64,000 nt of DNA. Origin: an uncultured bacterium. GTDB lineage: Bacteria; Desulfobacterota; GWC2-55-46. This document shows positions 1-7,381 of this stretch, one piece after another. Within the stretch, counting starts at the first letter, position 1, and each line of letters begins with the position of its first letter. A program made the position numbers and the translations under genes. Below the pieces are notes generated by a model, which searched no databases, was not told where the DNA came from, and worked only from the letters and a program-made list of their open reading frames with translations. The DNA lies in the NCBI GenBank assembly GCA_905339405.1, contig CAJPGC010000039.1:15000-78999 (forward strand). The letters run 5' to 3'.

Positions 1-105
1 CACCTTGCTTACGAGGTAGACGTTCGAGTTCAGGGATTCCCTGAAACCGTCCTCCATGGCGGAGATGTCGTCCCTTACAAGGTCCAGGACCTCTTCCATG
101 CTCAT
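1..105 (-). CDS. Polyprenyl diphosphate synthase (IspB-like), N-terminal 35 codons only; the gene continues beyond the window start
   Basis: Reverse-strand translation from the ATG at 103-105 gives MSMEEVLDLVRDDISAMEDGFRESLNSNVYLVSKV, which resembles the IspB/polyprenyl synthetase N-terminus. The fragment is very short, so the call is weak. Confidence 0.35.
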   Translation of the reverse strand, partial: MSMEEVLDLVRDDISAMEDGFRESLNSNVYLVSKV

Positions 106-187
106 GCGCCCTTCAACCGGGCGGTCTTTTTCCCTGACGCCTGTCTGCTGCACTCTTTGAAAACTCCGGGCCAAGATTTTTCGTCTT

Positions 188-212
188 AAAAAGGGCCGGA
201 CGGCCCTTTTCT
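188..212. terminator. Rho-independent terminator hairpin GGGCC-GGAC-GGCCC flanked by an A-run and a T-run (bidirectional), downstream of the DUF2400 gene
   Basis: Hairpin plus flanking A/T runs read directly from the sequence; it lies just past the 3' end of the minus-strand gene ending at 316. Confidence 0.5.
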
Positions 213-315
213 CGCGCTGACGATAGTTCTGATTTTACCGCTGATGTTACCCCAGAAGAACGGCCCTGTCAAAATATATTATTATCTCCTGGACAGGGCG
301 TTTTACCGGGATTTG

Positions 316-1209
316 TCAAAGGACGCAAATGTCCTTGATAAGGCAGCTTTCGCACTTTGCGGCATCCGCGTTTTTCGGGCACTTGTCGAGTATGCCTAGC
401 CTGCAGAGCGCGAAGTCGTATTTGACGGGGTCTTTCGGGTCGAGGGCCTTCAACGCACCGGTTATCTCCTCGGCCATCTTCCAGTCGGGGCTCGCCCTCC
501 TGGTAAGGCCTATGTTCCTCGATATCCTCGCTATGTGAGTGTCGAGAGGGACCACGAGTTTGGCCGGATCTACCCCGGTCCACTGCCCGAAGTCCAGCCT
601 GTCGCGCCTGACCATCCACCTGAGGTACAAGTTGAGCCGCTTGCATGGGCTTCCGTCCTCAGGGTCCGGAAAAAAGAACCTCACGCCAGCTTTGGGCGCA
701 AGCCGCTTTTTTCCGTATACTGCGGAAGAGTCGAGCGAAAGGACGTTCTTTGAGAAAGCGGACAGGGCCTCTTTCACGTTCATCTGTTCCGGAGAGTAGC
801 CCTTCATGAAAAAGCCGCCGATGGAGCCGCTCTCCTCTATCATCTGCCTGGCGAACCAGAAAAGGCAGACGACGTCGTCACCCCTGTTGAACCTGTGGAC
901 AAAGCCGTTAAAAAGGGACTTCCCACTCAACGGGTCGAACCTTCTGACGAACCTGTACGGGTGCGGGCCTACGGCGGCCATCACCTTCGCTATGCTCTTT
1001 TTTATGGTGTCGACCCTGCCGTAAGCCAGTGATGAAGAGACGAGGCCGACAATCTCCCTGTCTTCGGGGGTGTCGTATTTGTGCACGAACTCGAGCGGGT
1101 CGGTCGCGAGAAACGCGAGGTCAAAGGTCCTGTAAAGCCCGTCAAGACGCGATTTCAGCTTTTTATCCATCAGCTCTTTCCAATACCGGAAAAGGTTACT
1201 CCAAGCCAC
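316..1209 (-). CDS. Conserved hypothetical protein, DUF2400/TIGR02757-like
   Basis: 297-aa ORF. The N-terminal pattern LDGLYRTF..DPLEFVHKYDTPEDREIVGLVSSSLAYGRV is the pattern I recall for the DUF2400 family. Function unknown. Confidence 0.5.
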   Translation of the reverse strand: MAWSNLFRYWKELMDKKLKSRLDGLYRTFDLAFLATDPLEFVHKYDTPEDREIVGLVSSSLAYGRVDTIKKSIAKVMAAVGPHPYRFVRRFDPLSGKSLFNGFVHRFNRGDDVVCLFWFARQMIEESGSIGGFFMKGYSPEQMNVKEALSAFSKNVLSLDSSAVYGKKRLAPKAGVRFFFPDPEDGSPCKRLNLYLRWMVRRDRLDFGQWTGVDPAKLVVPLDTHIARISRNIGLTRRASPDWKMAEEITGALKALDPKDPVKYDFALCRLGILDKCPKNADAAKCESCLIKDICVL

Positions 1210-1291
1210 GCCCTTGTCAAGGCCGCTTCAATAAAAACGAACGAGGCGGCCGCCAGGGCTGCCCCGCCAACGAATCAGCAGAAACCACGCT

Positions 1292-2590
1292 TTAAGCCAT
1301 GCCGATATCCTTCTTCGCGAACTTCTCTGCGCAATCCGGGCAGATGCAGTGGGTGAATTCGGCACCGGTACGCTCGTGCAGGAACTTCTCGAGGCCTTCC
1401 CAGGAGCCCTTGTCGTTCCTTATTTTCTTACAGTAGGCGCATATTGGCAGGAGGCCGCTTGAAAAATTCACGTTGGCCGGCTCAGCCCGCTTGCGCCCGG
1501 TCATATCGACGACTATTCCGCGGAGGCCCGTTACGCGGCCGTCAAGGGAGCGCTTGACGCCTCCGCGCGCGATGACCCATCTTCCTGAACCAGCCAGTTC
1601 GAGGTCGAGCTCATAAGGCTGCCCCGTCTCGAGGCTCTTTTTCACAGCCTCACCGAGCTCTTTCGCGCTTCCGGGGACATATACCCTCAAGTGCTCCTCG
1701 AACCTCTCCGGAGGCATACCCGGGTCAAGGCCCAAAAGGCGGCAGGCCCCGACTGACCATGCTGCCCTGCCTGATTCCACGTCCAACTCCCAGCTACCGG
1801 TCCGGCCTATTCTCTCTATTTCTCCGGCCTCCTGCTCCATCCTGCCGATGGTATCCTCCGAGAGATTGTTGAGAGACTCGAGGCGCTCCCGTTCGAGTAT
1901 GTTGTAAAGGAGCCTGCTGACCTCGAGGTAGCCCTGGTTTGGAAGGAGCATCTCCTCGGGGGAGGTATAATAGAAGTTCCTGCAGACCTGCCCCCTGTAG
2001 ATGACCAGCGGGTGGGTCCGTATGACGTCCATGATTATCTCGGGGCTGAACCGCCCGATATTGTATTGGCAGATCGCGAGCGCGTCGTTTTCAGGGAAGA
2101 AATAATTGAGCTTCGATTCGTACTCAATGAGCCTGTCTGAGCCCGGGTCTCCGCCGAGCATCCATGTCATCTCGCCAGTCACGCGAAGGCCCGTGTACCC
2201 GTCGGACTTTGCGGCATCGGCCGCGTCCTTGAGGAAACCTATCATCCAGTCCGGGTCGAAATATCCCTGCTTGAGGTAGGCTTCCTTCTTGCTTATGACG
2301 CTCAAGGCCCCTTTGGCGAGAGCGGCCTTGATGTCGACACCGCCTTTTTCCATCCGCTCGAGGACCTCGCCGGAGGTGTTTTCGTCGGCGACATACACGC
2401 ACCTCTCGCCGCGCTCGAGGCCGATGCGCACGAATGGGACTACGGCGGCGAACTGCTCTTCAGGTGTCTCGTAGATAAGACAGAGGTGGTCGTGAAAACC
2501 AAGCCCTTCGACGGCCTTCAAAAGACCCTTGTAGCGCGGATACTCGCCGGAGGAGCTATCCCTTCTACTGTCTATGGCCATGAGCCGCAC
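1292..2590 (-). CDS. MEDS-domain plus PAS-domain sensor protein with a C-terminal Cys/His-rich (zinc-ribbon-like) motif
   Basis: N-terminus (HDHLCLIYETPEEQ...) matches the MEDS sensory domain. The centre looks like a PAS fold. The C-terminus LPICAYCKKIRNDKGSWE...HCICPDC carries a CxxC..HxxCxxC metal-binding-like motif. Confidence 0.55.
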   Translation of the reverse strand: MRLMAIDSRRDSSSGEYPRYKGLLKAVEGLGFHDHLCLIYETPEEQFAAVVPFVRIGLERGERCVYVADENTSGEVLERMEKGGVDIKAALAKGALSVISKKEAYLKQGYFDPDWMIGFLKDAADAAKSDGYTGLRVTGEMTWMLGGDPGSDRLIEYESKLNYFFPENDALAICQYNIGRFSPEIIMDVIRTHPLVIYRGQVCRNFYYTSPEEMLLPNQGYLEVSRLLYNILERERLESLNNLSEDTIGRMEQEAGEIERIGRTGSWELDVESGRAAWSVGACRLLGLDPGMPPERFEEHLRVYVPGSAKELGEAVKKSLETGQPYELDLELAGSGRWVIARGGVKRSLDGRVTGLRGIVVDMTGRKRAEPANVNFSSGLLPICAYCKKIRNDKGSWEGLEKFLHERTGAEFTHCICPDCAEKFAKKDIGMA

Positions 2591-2721
2591 CCCTTTCAGT
2601 TCTCATTATATCATCTGCTGATATTTTGAAAAAAGGAAAGAAATGCGCAGTTACTTTTCCAAAACTGGTTCCACATTAAATCTATTGTGCTTAGAACTGT
2701 ATTCTAAGCCTATCCCCATGG

Positions 2722-3579
2722 TCAAGACAAAAAAGATGGCTGTATATGGTGTAGAAGAGCCTGCCTTGGTTTTGTCTTTGTCTCTGAGTCTTTCCTGATA
2801 TTTCTTTCCTTGAAGTAAACATCCTGAGGCGTCCGGTAGTCGAGGGCCTGATGGAGCCTCTCCGTGTTGTAGAAGTGAAAGTACCTGGCAAGGGACTCTC
2901 TGGCCTCTTTGACGGTCTCGTAGCTCTTAAGGTAGACTTCTTCGTACTTGACCGTCCTCCAGAGCCTCTCAACGAAGATGTTGTCCATTGCTCTGCCCCT
3001 GCCGTCCATGCTGATGGCGACCCCGAGTTTTTCAAGCCGCTCCGTGAACTCAACGCTCGTGAACTGACTTCCCTGGTCGGAGTTGAAGATGTCCGGGCTG
3101 GAAAGAGAAAGCGCCCTTTCCAGTGCCCTTATGCAGAACTCCGCATCCAGCGTCGTCGAGACCTCCCAGGAGAGCACATAGCGGCTGTGCCAGTCCATTA
3201 TGGCCACGAGGTAGATAAAGCCGCCCTTGAGCCGTATATACGTTATGTCCGTTGACCACACGTGGTCAGGGCGCTCTATGACGACGTCCTTCAGGAGATA
3301 CGGATACTTCTTATGGTCCTTGGCTGGCTTTGAGAGCCACGGCTTCGGATATACGGCCTCCAGCCCCAGGATCTTCATCAGACGCCTTACCCTCTTGCGG
3401 TTTACCATGTAGCCCCGGGTCCTGAGCCACTCCGTCATCTTCGGCACGCCGTAGAAGGGTGTCTTCGTATACTGCTCGTCCAGGAGCGTCATAAGGGCCT
3501 CGTTGAGCTCGTTCCGCTCCCTTGCCCTGTAATAGTAAGCCGCCTTAGAGAGGCCAAGAAGCCGGCACTGGCGCGACAC
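2722..3579 (-). CDS. IS3-family transposase OrfB (DDE integrase core, rve); probably expressed as an OrfAB fusion by a -1 frameshift, so the true frame extends upstream to the A9 site near 3650
   Basis: Motifs DITYIRLKGGFIYLVAIMDWHSRYVLSWEV ... NSDQGSQFTS ... ERLWRTVKYEEVY are the canonical rve/IS3 OrfB signature. Confidence 0.85.
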   Translation of the reverse strand: MSRQCRLLGLSKAAYYYRARERNELNEALMTLLDEQYTKTPFYGVPKMTEWLRTRGYMVNRKRVRRLMKILGLEAVYPKPWLSKPAKDHKKYPYLLKDVVIERPDHVWSTDITYIRLKGGFIYLVAIMDWHSRYVLSWEVSTTLDAEFCIRALERALSLSSPDIFNSDQGSQFTSVEFTERLEKLGVAISMDGRGRAMDNIFVERLWRTVKYEEVYLKSYETVKEARESLARYFHFYNTERLHQALDYRTPQDVYFKERNIRKDSETKTKPRQALLHHIQPSFLS

Positions 3580-3619
3580 AGGTATCTCAGAATTCCTTGG
3601 CTCTATTAAGGCTTTCTTC

Positions 3620-3904
3620 TCACTTGCCGAGGAGCTGAGATTTTTTTTTAAGCCAGTCCAGCTCCACCTTGAGCTGCCCTATTTGCCGGTAAAGCTCATC
3701 TGTCTCCGCCGCGTCTTCTTTTTGTTCCTTTCGCCGCCTGTCAGAGAAAAGGCCGGGGAGGTCCTCCAGAAGCCGCTTCTTCCACTGGCCGATCTGGTTT
3801 GGATGTACCCCGTACTCGCTCGCGATCTGGGCTATCGTTTTCTCGCCCTTGACCGCCTCAAGCGCCACCTTAGCCTTGAACGCCGCATCATGATTCTTCT
3901 TCAT
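3620..3904 (-). CDS. IS3-family transposase OrfA (HTH DNA-binding)
   Basis: 94 aa. IAQIASEYGVHPNQIGQWKKRL is an HTH and a leucine-zipper-like C-terminus follows. The final codons LKKKSQ are encoded by the A9 slippery sequence. Confidence 0.85.
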   Translation of the reverse strand: MKKNHDAAFKAKVALEAVKGEKTIAQIASEYGVHPNQIGQWKKRLLEDLPGLFSDRRRKEQKEDAAETDELYRQIGQLKVELDWLKKKSQLLGK

Positions 3905-3926
3905 TCTGCCTGCCTCCTGACCGTTA

Positions 3927-6605
3927 TTAGCAGGCTACCATACACCAAATACCTTTGTCTAAATTTTGGGGAGTATTATATTCAATTATTTTAATTTTCA
4001 TATGATTACCAAGTTCTAAAGAATAGATGTTCAATCCTAGGTGTGACAATTTTGCGATATAAATGAATCCGACAGCAGCTACGCCAAACTCCACAAAAAC
4101 GCCATAATTTTGAATAGAAATTATTTCACCTTCAATAATTGTTCCCGGAGGATAATCATTTATCAATTTTTCTTCTGCATTCAAATTGGTATGTGATTTT
4201 GCTCTTTCTAAATTTAAAAGTGCCGCAGAAATATCAAACAACTTCTCAAAATGTCCATCCTCCAAATATGCCTCCGGCCTAGAAATAAACTCTGCCCTAT
4301 AACTCTGCAAATATTTTGTTAAATCTTCGGCATTCAAGATACTTGTCTCTTGAGAAAAATGACCCTTGCCTGTTTGATTTGTCATTCTTTTCCAAATCCT
4401 ATCAGCCACTTCGCTGTTCTTATACCAAACATCCTCCGAACAAGCAGCCAAATAATCAATATTATTAACCAAGTCTAGATGAACGTGACCTGCCGGAGAA
4501 ATTGACACCAAATCACCCTCATTAATCTGATCAAGATCTTGGGTTTCAGAAACTACAGCCCCAAATTTCAGTAATTGAGCGAGCTCAATTTGTACTTTGT
4601 CAATGGAATGACCTAAAGACACCATATCTGAGCAAAGATCTATAATTTTATGATATCCTTTTATGCCGCTCGGGCCAAACTTTCTATATCTTTTTTCTAG
4701 CCACTGTAAAATCTCTAATCTAATAAAGGGATCAGGTATAATGTCTTCAGGATAAGAAAGAAATAAATTTTTTACTGACGATCCTGCATCCTGAAAATAT
4801 CTCCTATTTCCACGAAGAATGAGTCTCATTATTATGTGTTTTGGCAACGTATAATCACCTTGCGACTGCCTTATCTTTAGAATTTCATCTGGCGTAATAT
4901 GTCCACTTTTACAGAATTCAAGAAAAATTTCCAGCCCTCTCCTTATATCTCGGCCTGAAATTCCAGTTACAATTCTCCTAAAAAGGCTATCTGTAAAAAG
5001 TGATCTCAAGATGCAAGCCAAATAAATACCCTGCTCAGACCGTGGGTACTCAACTCTCATACCATTAGGGAGCACATAGCTTAATAGTTCCTCATCTTTT
5101 TGTTCTCCTCTCTTCTTATTCATCGTAGCCAAAGCAAAACCAATTCGTTTTGCTATTACCTGTGCTAACAATGGTGGGTCGATCCTGAATACTAAATCCT
5201 TTATTACTGTATCAAGTGGCGGTTCCTTACGGTGATGATCAAATGTGGTATCGCGTATTGGTAGAACCACTAAGCACTCAAACTCATTCTGCATCCACTT
5301 TGCGACTTCAAACATCAATAGCTGATCATCCCTTTTCCTTCTGTCACAATTATCCAGAACTACTACTGCCAATTTGCCTCTGTCTCGACACAGATATCTA
5401 ATATAAGCTTTCAAAGAATGTATTGGATTATTAAGGAGGCTTTGTAGTTCTGACGCAATGAGGTTTTTATATTCTACAGTACAAGGGTCAAATATTGCTG
5501 CCGGCCCTTTCTCAATTTTACGCAGTTCAACAGAATATAACTTTCTAAGTGTATTAAGTTCTTCGAAGTCAATATCAGAATACAATTCCTTAAATTTCGC
5601 CATTAGGCTTTCACAAAGCCATTTATAAATTTCCTCTTTGGACAAAGGGGCCTTATTTAAATCAACAGAAAGCCACACTGTTTTATCTTTTATTTCCCGG
5701 TGCAACGCAACTTCTGTTAAATAATCTATAAAGGTAGATTTTCCACTACCAACTCCACCCACTAATAGTAATATTTCATTTTTTAGACTCCAAAGGTTTT
5801 TAAATTTATCGGTTAGTTCTATTGGTCGTCCAGTATCCTGAATTTCTTTTATGCTAGACATTGTTAAAGGTATTGCCGATTTAATTATTCTTTCTATAGG
5901 GCTTACATGGCTTATTCTCTTTTTTGTAGTCACATAAGCATTTTTAACAACATTTTTTCTCTCATCTAATGTGCTCGGATTGAAAAGATAACGGTAATCT
6001 AGTGCTAATGTTGCACCAAAACTGTTTTGTTCTAATTCTTCATTTTGGACTGCTCGACCACCCAACATATTAATCGGTCTTTTAAATGTGGTGCCGCTTC
6101 TTAGAGAATTTAGTTTTGAATTTATAAAATCTGTCAATATTCTTTTTGACCCAAATTCAAGCAATCTAGAATACTTTTCACCTCCTACAAATATTTCATC
6201 AAAGAAAAGACTTACTTGCTCCTCTACGCTATCAGAAAAAGTTGCTACTATTTTCTTGCCATTAGTGGTTAAAATCTTTTGACAGGGGTTTATGTTATGC
6301 GGGAATTTTGCATTTAATTCTTGCGCATACAATCTAGCTTCTGTGCATGCACTTTCCAGTTCCACACTTGGATGTTTAACCTCGATTATCAAAACAGGCA
6401 ATCCTTGAATAAGTATTACATAATCCGGATAGTATAATTTTGAGCTTTTACCCTTTCCAATTACCAACTGTCTTAAATCAACTTTCGTTCTGAATTCAGA
6501 AGTACTGAACCCAAACCCCAGCGGATCAGGCGCAATAAGCATTTGGATAACAAACTTTTGTTCAACATCGCTTTCATTTAATAAATCTTCTATTTTACAA
6601 AACAT
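3927..6605 (-). CDS. Large island protein (892 aa): N-terminal HsdR-N-type PD-(D/E)xK nuclease-like domain, central P-loop NTPase (Walker A GGVGSGKST, Walker B VVVLDNCD, about 130 aa apart, STAND/KAP-like), helical middle region, C-terminal S1/OB-fold domain; the 3' end is overlapped by the IS3 terminus
   Basis: N-terminus SDVEQKFVIQMLI..LGF...YPDYVILIQGLPVLIIEVKHP fits the type I restriction HsdR N-terminal (HSDR_N) PD-(D/E)xK pattern. LLLVGGVGSGKSTFIDYL and LAVVVLDNCD are the P-loop motifs. C-terminus GTIIEGEIISIQNYGVFVEFGVAAVGFIYIAKLS...MKIKIIEY..LDKG fits the S1 pattern G.V.G.V..I..FGAFV..G..GL.HIS. The locus has a strong RBS (GGGAGGG) and is AT-rich throughout. Confidence 0.7.
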   Translation of the reverse strand: MFCKIEDLLNESDVEQKFVIQMLIAPDPLGFGFSTSEFRTKVDLRQLVIGKGKSSKLYYPDYVILIQGLPVLIIEVKHPSVELESACTEARLYAQELNAKFPHNINPCQKILTTNGKKIVATFSDSVEEQVSLFFDEIFVGGEKYSRLLEFGSKRILTDFINSKLNSLRSGTTFKRPINMLGGRAVQNEELEQNSFGATLALDYRYLFNPSTLDERKNVVKNAYVTTKKRISHVSPIERIIKSAIPLTMSSIKEIQDTGRPIELTDKFKNLWSLKNEILLLVGGVGSGKSTFIDYLTEVALHREIKDKTVWLSVDLNKAPLSKEEIYKWLCESLMAKFKELYSDIDFEELNTLRKLYSVELRKIEKGPAAIFDPCTVEYKNLIASELQSLLNNPIHSLKAYIRYLCRDRGKLAVVVLDNCDRRKRDDQLLMFEVAKWMQNEFECLVVLPIRDTTFDHHRKEPPLDTVIKDLVFRIDPPLLAQVIAKRIGFALATMNKKRGEQKDEELLSYVLPNGMRVEYPRSEQGIYLACILRSLFTDSLFRRIVTGISGRDIRRGLEIFLEFCKSGHITPDEILKIRQSQGDYTLPKHIIMRLILRGNRRYFQDAGSSVKNLFLSYPEDIIPDPFIRLEILQWLEKRYRKFGPSGIKGYHKIIDLCSDMVSLGHSIDKVQIELAQLLKFGAVVSETQDLDQINEGDLVSISPAGHVHLDLVNNIDYLAACSEDVWYKNSEVADRIWKRMTNQTGKGHFSQETSILNAEDLTKYLQSYRAEFISRPEAYLEDGHFEKLFDISAALLNLERAKSHTNLNAEEKLINDYPPGTIIEGEIISIQNYGVFVEFGVAAVGFIYIAKLSHLGLNIYSLELGNHMKIKIIEYNTPQNLDKGIWCMVAC

Positions 6606-6624
6606 CTTTTTTCCCTCCCATTAG

Positions 6625-6660
6625 AGAATTTAACAGAAAATAACATTTTTTCAAACAAAA
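6625..6660 (-). promoter_or_regulatory. Putative sigma-70-type promoter for the island gene (minus strand TTGAAA-N16-TAAATT), followed by RBS GGGAGGG 7 nt upstream of the ATG
   Basis: Read from the reverse complement of 6606-6680. The hexamer spacing fits the consensus. No experimental support. Confidence 0.3.
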
Positions 6661-6911
6661 AGGTTGACAGGCGGTCTAACACATCAATGCTGCGTAATGC
6701 AGTTTAATAACAACTGGAACATAAATAAAATTGTCTATCCAGCCCACGAGAATACCGCTGTTTTTTTGTGTTTTTGGATATTACATTATAATCAAGTGTG
6801 GACATTCACACAGTTTCAATGCTTCTGAGTCATACGGTATACTCACCACTACTGAATTAGATCAATGTAAGGGTACTGGAAAAAGGGTTAGCACAAATTT
6901 TTCAGCTAAAT

Positions 6912-6944
6912 AAAAAAGGGACCTGCCTTCCGGCGGTCCCTTTT
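6912..6944. terminator. Rho-independent terminator hairpin GGGACC-TGCCTTCCGGC-GGTCCC with flanking A6 and T4 runs (works on either strand)
   Basis: Hairpin and U-tracts read directly. It lies between tRNA-Pro and the island gene promoter. Confidence 0.5.
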
Positions 6945-7093
6945 ACTTGGTCAGTTCGAGGCGGCACCGGTCGTCGGCTCCCGCCTCCTCCCTCTGGCCG
7001 CGGGCCGGCTCGCTTCCGGCCTGCCTCCCGGCAGGCCTCTTCCTCGCGCTGCTCGGCGCTCGCCGTCTTTCGAATCCTGCCATTTACCAATAT

Positions 7094-7130
7094 AAAAAAA
7101 GGGGGCAGCCTGAAGGCTGTCCCCTTTTTA
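7094..7130. terminator. Rho-independent terminator for tRNA-Pro (minus-strand reading GGGGACAGCC-TTCA-GGCTGCCCCC then T7)
   Basis: Perfect 10-bp GC-rich stem, 4-nt loop, T-run immediately 3' of the tRNA on the minus strand. Confidence 0.65.
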
Positions 7131-7134
7131 TTAT

Positions 7135-7212
7135 TTGGTCGGGGCGAGAGGATTCGAACCTCCGGCCCCCGCGTCCCGAACGCGGTGCTCTACCAGACTG
7201 AGCCACGCCCCG
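7135..7212 (-). tRNA. tRNA-Pro (anticodon CGG), CCA encoded
   Basis: Minus strand reads CGGGGCG-TG-GCTC-AGTCTGGT-AGAGC-A-CCGCG-TTCGGGA-CGCGG-GGGCC-GGAGG-TTCGAAT-CCTCT-CGCCCCG-A-CCA. All four stems pair and the anticodon loop is UU-CGG-GA. Closely similar to E. coli tRNA-Pro. Confidence 0.85.
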
Positions 7213-7381
7213 ACTGTCAACTGAATCAACTGCTTGCGTCTCAGGAAAACGCCTTGGAATCACATTTCCCGGTGTTTCGCCGTAACCTGCCGCGCCCGCA
7301 AAAACCTGCATTTGAAGCGGTGAGTCCTTTTTAATAACATATCTCTACAGCCTACGCAAGAGATTCTATGAATTTCTATGC

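Larger units (their letters stand above)
2713..3972 (-). mobile_element. IS3-family insertion sequence, about 1.26 kb, with imperfect terminal inverted repeats of about 40 bp starting TCCCCA at both ends; boundaries are good to a few bp
   Basis: orfA (HTH) and orfB (DDE/rve) lie in the -1 frame relation with an A9 slippery run (T9 on the plus strand, 3641-3649) inside the orfA 3' end. Imperfect inverted repeats run about 2713-2750 and 3930-3972 (about 65% identity, shared termini TCCCCA, inner GTATGGTAG-type box). The element sits inside AT-rich island DNA. Confidence 0.8.

Noticed and set aside
269-646. Overlapping small ORFs 269-646 (-), 329-538 (+), 535-799 (+) around the DUF2400 gene
   Set aside because: They are embedded in or opposite the 316-1209 gene, which has a coherent family signature. 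No independent support.
6731-6913. 60-aa ORF in the AT-rich spacer between the island gene and tRNA-Pro
   Set aside because: It lies in the island gene's promoter region on the opposite strand. The translation is hydrophobic/low-complexity, with no RBS or motif. More likely non-coding.
7060-7080. TTCGAATCC T-loop-like string with a following GCCA, considered as a duplicated tRNA 3' end (att site)
   Set aside because: The flanking bases do not form a T-stem or acceptor stem, and it is in the opposite orientation to tRNA-Pro. Chance similarity or a very decayed relic.
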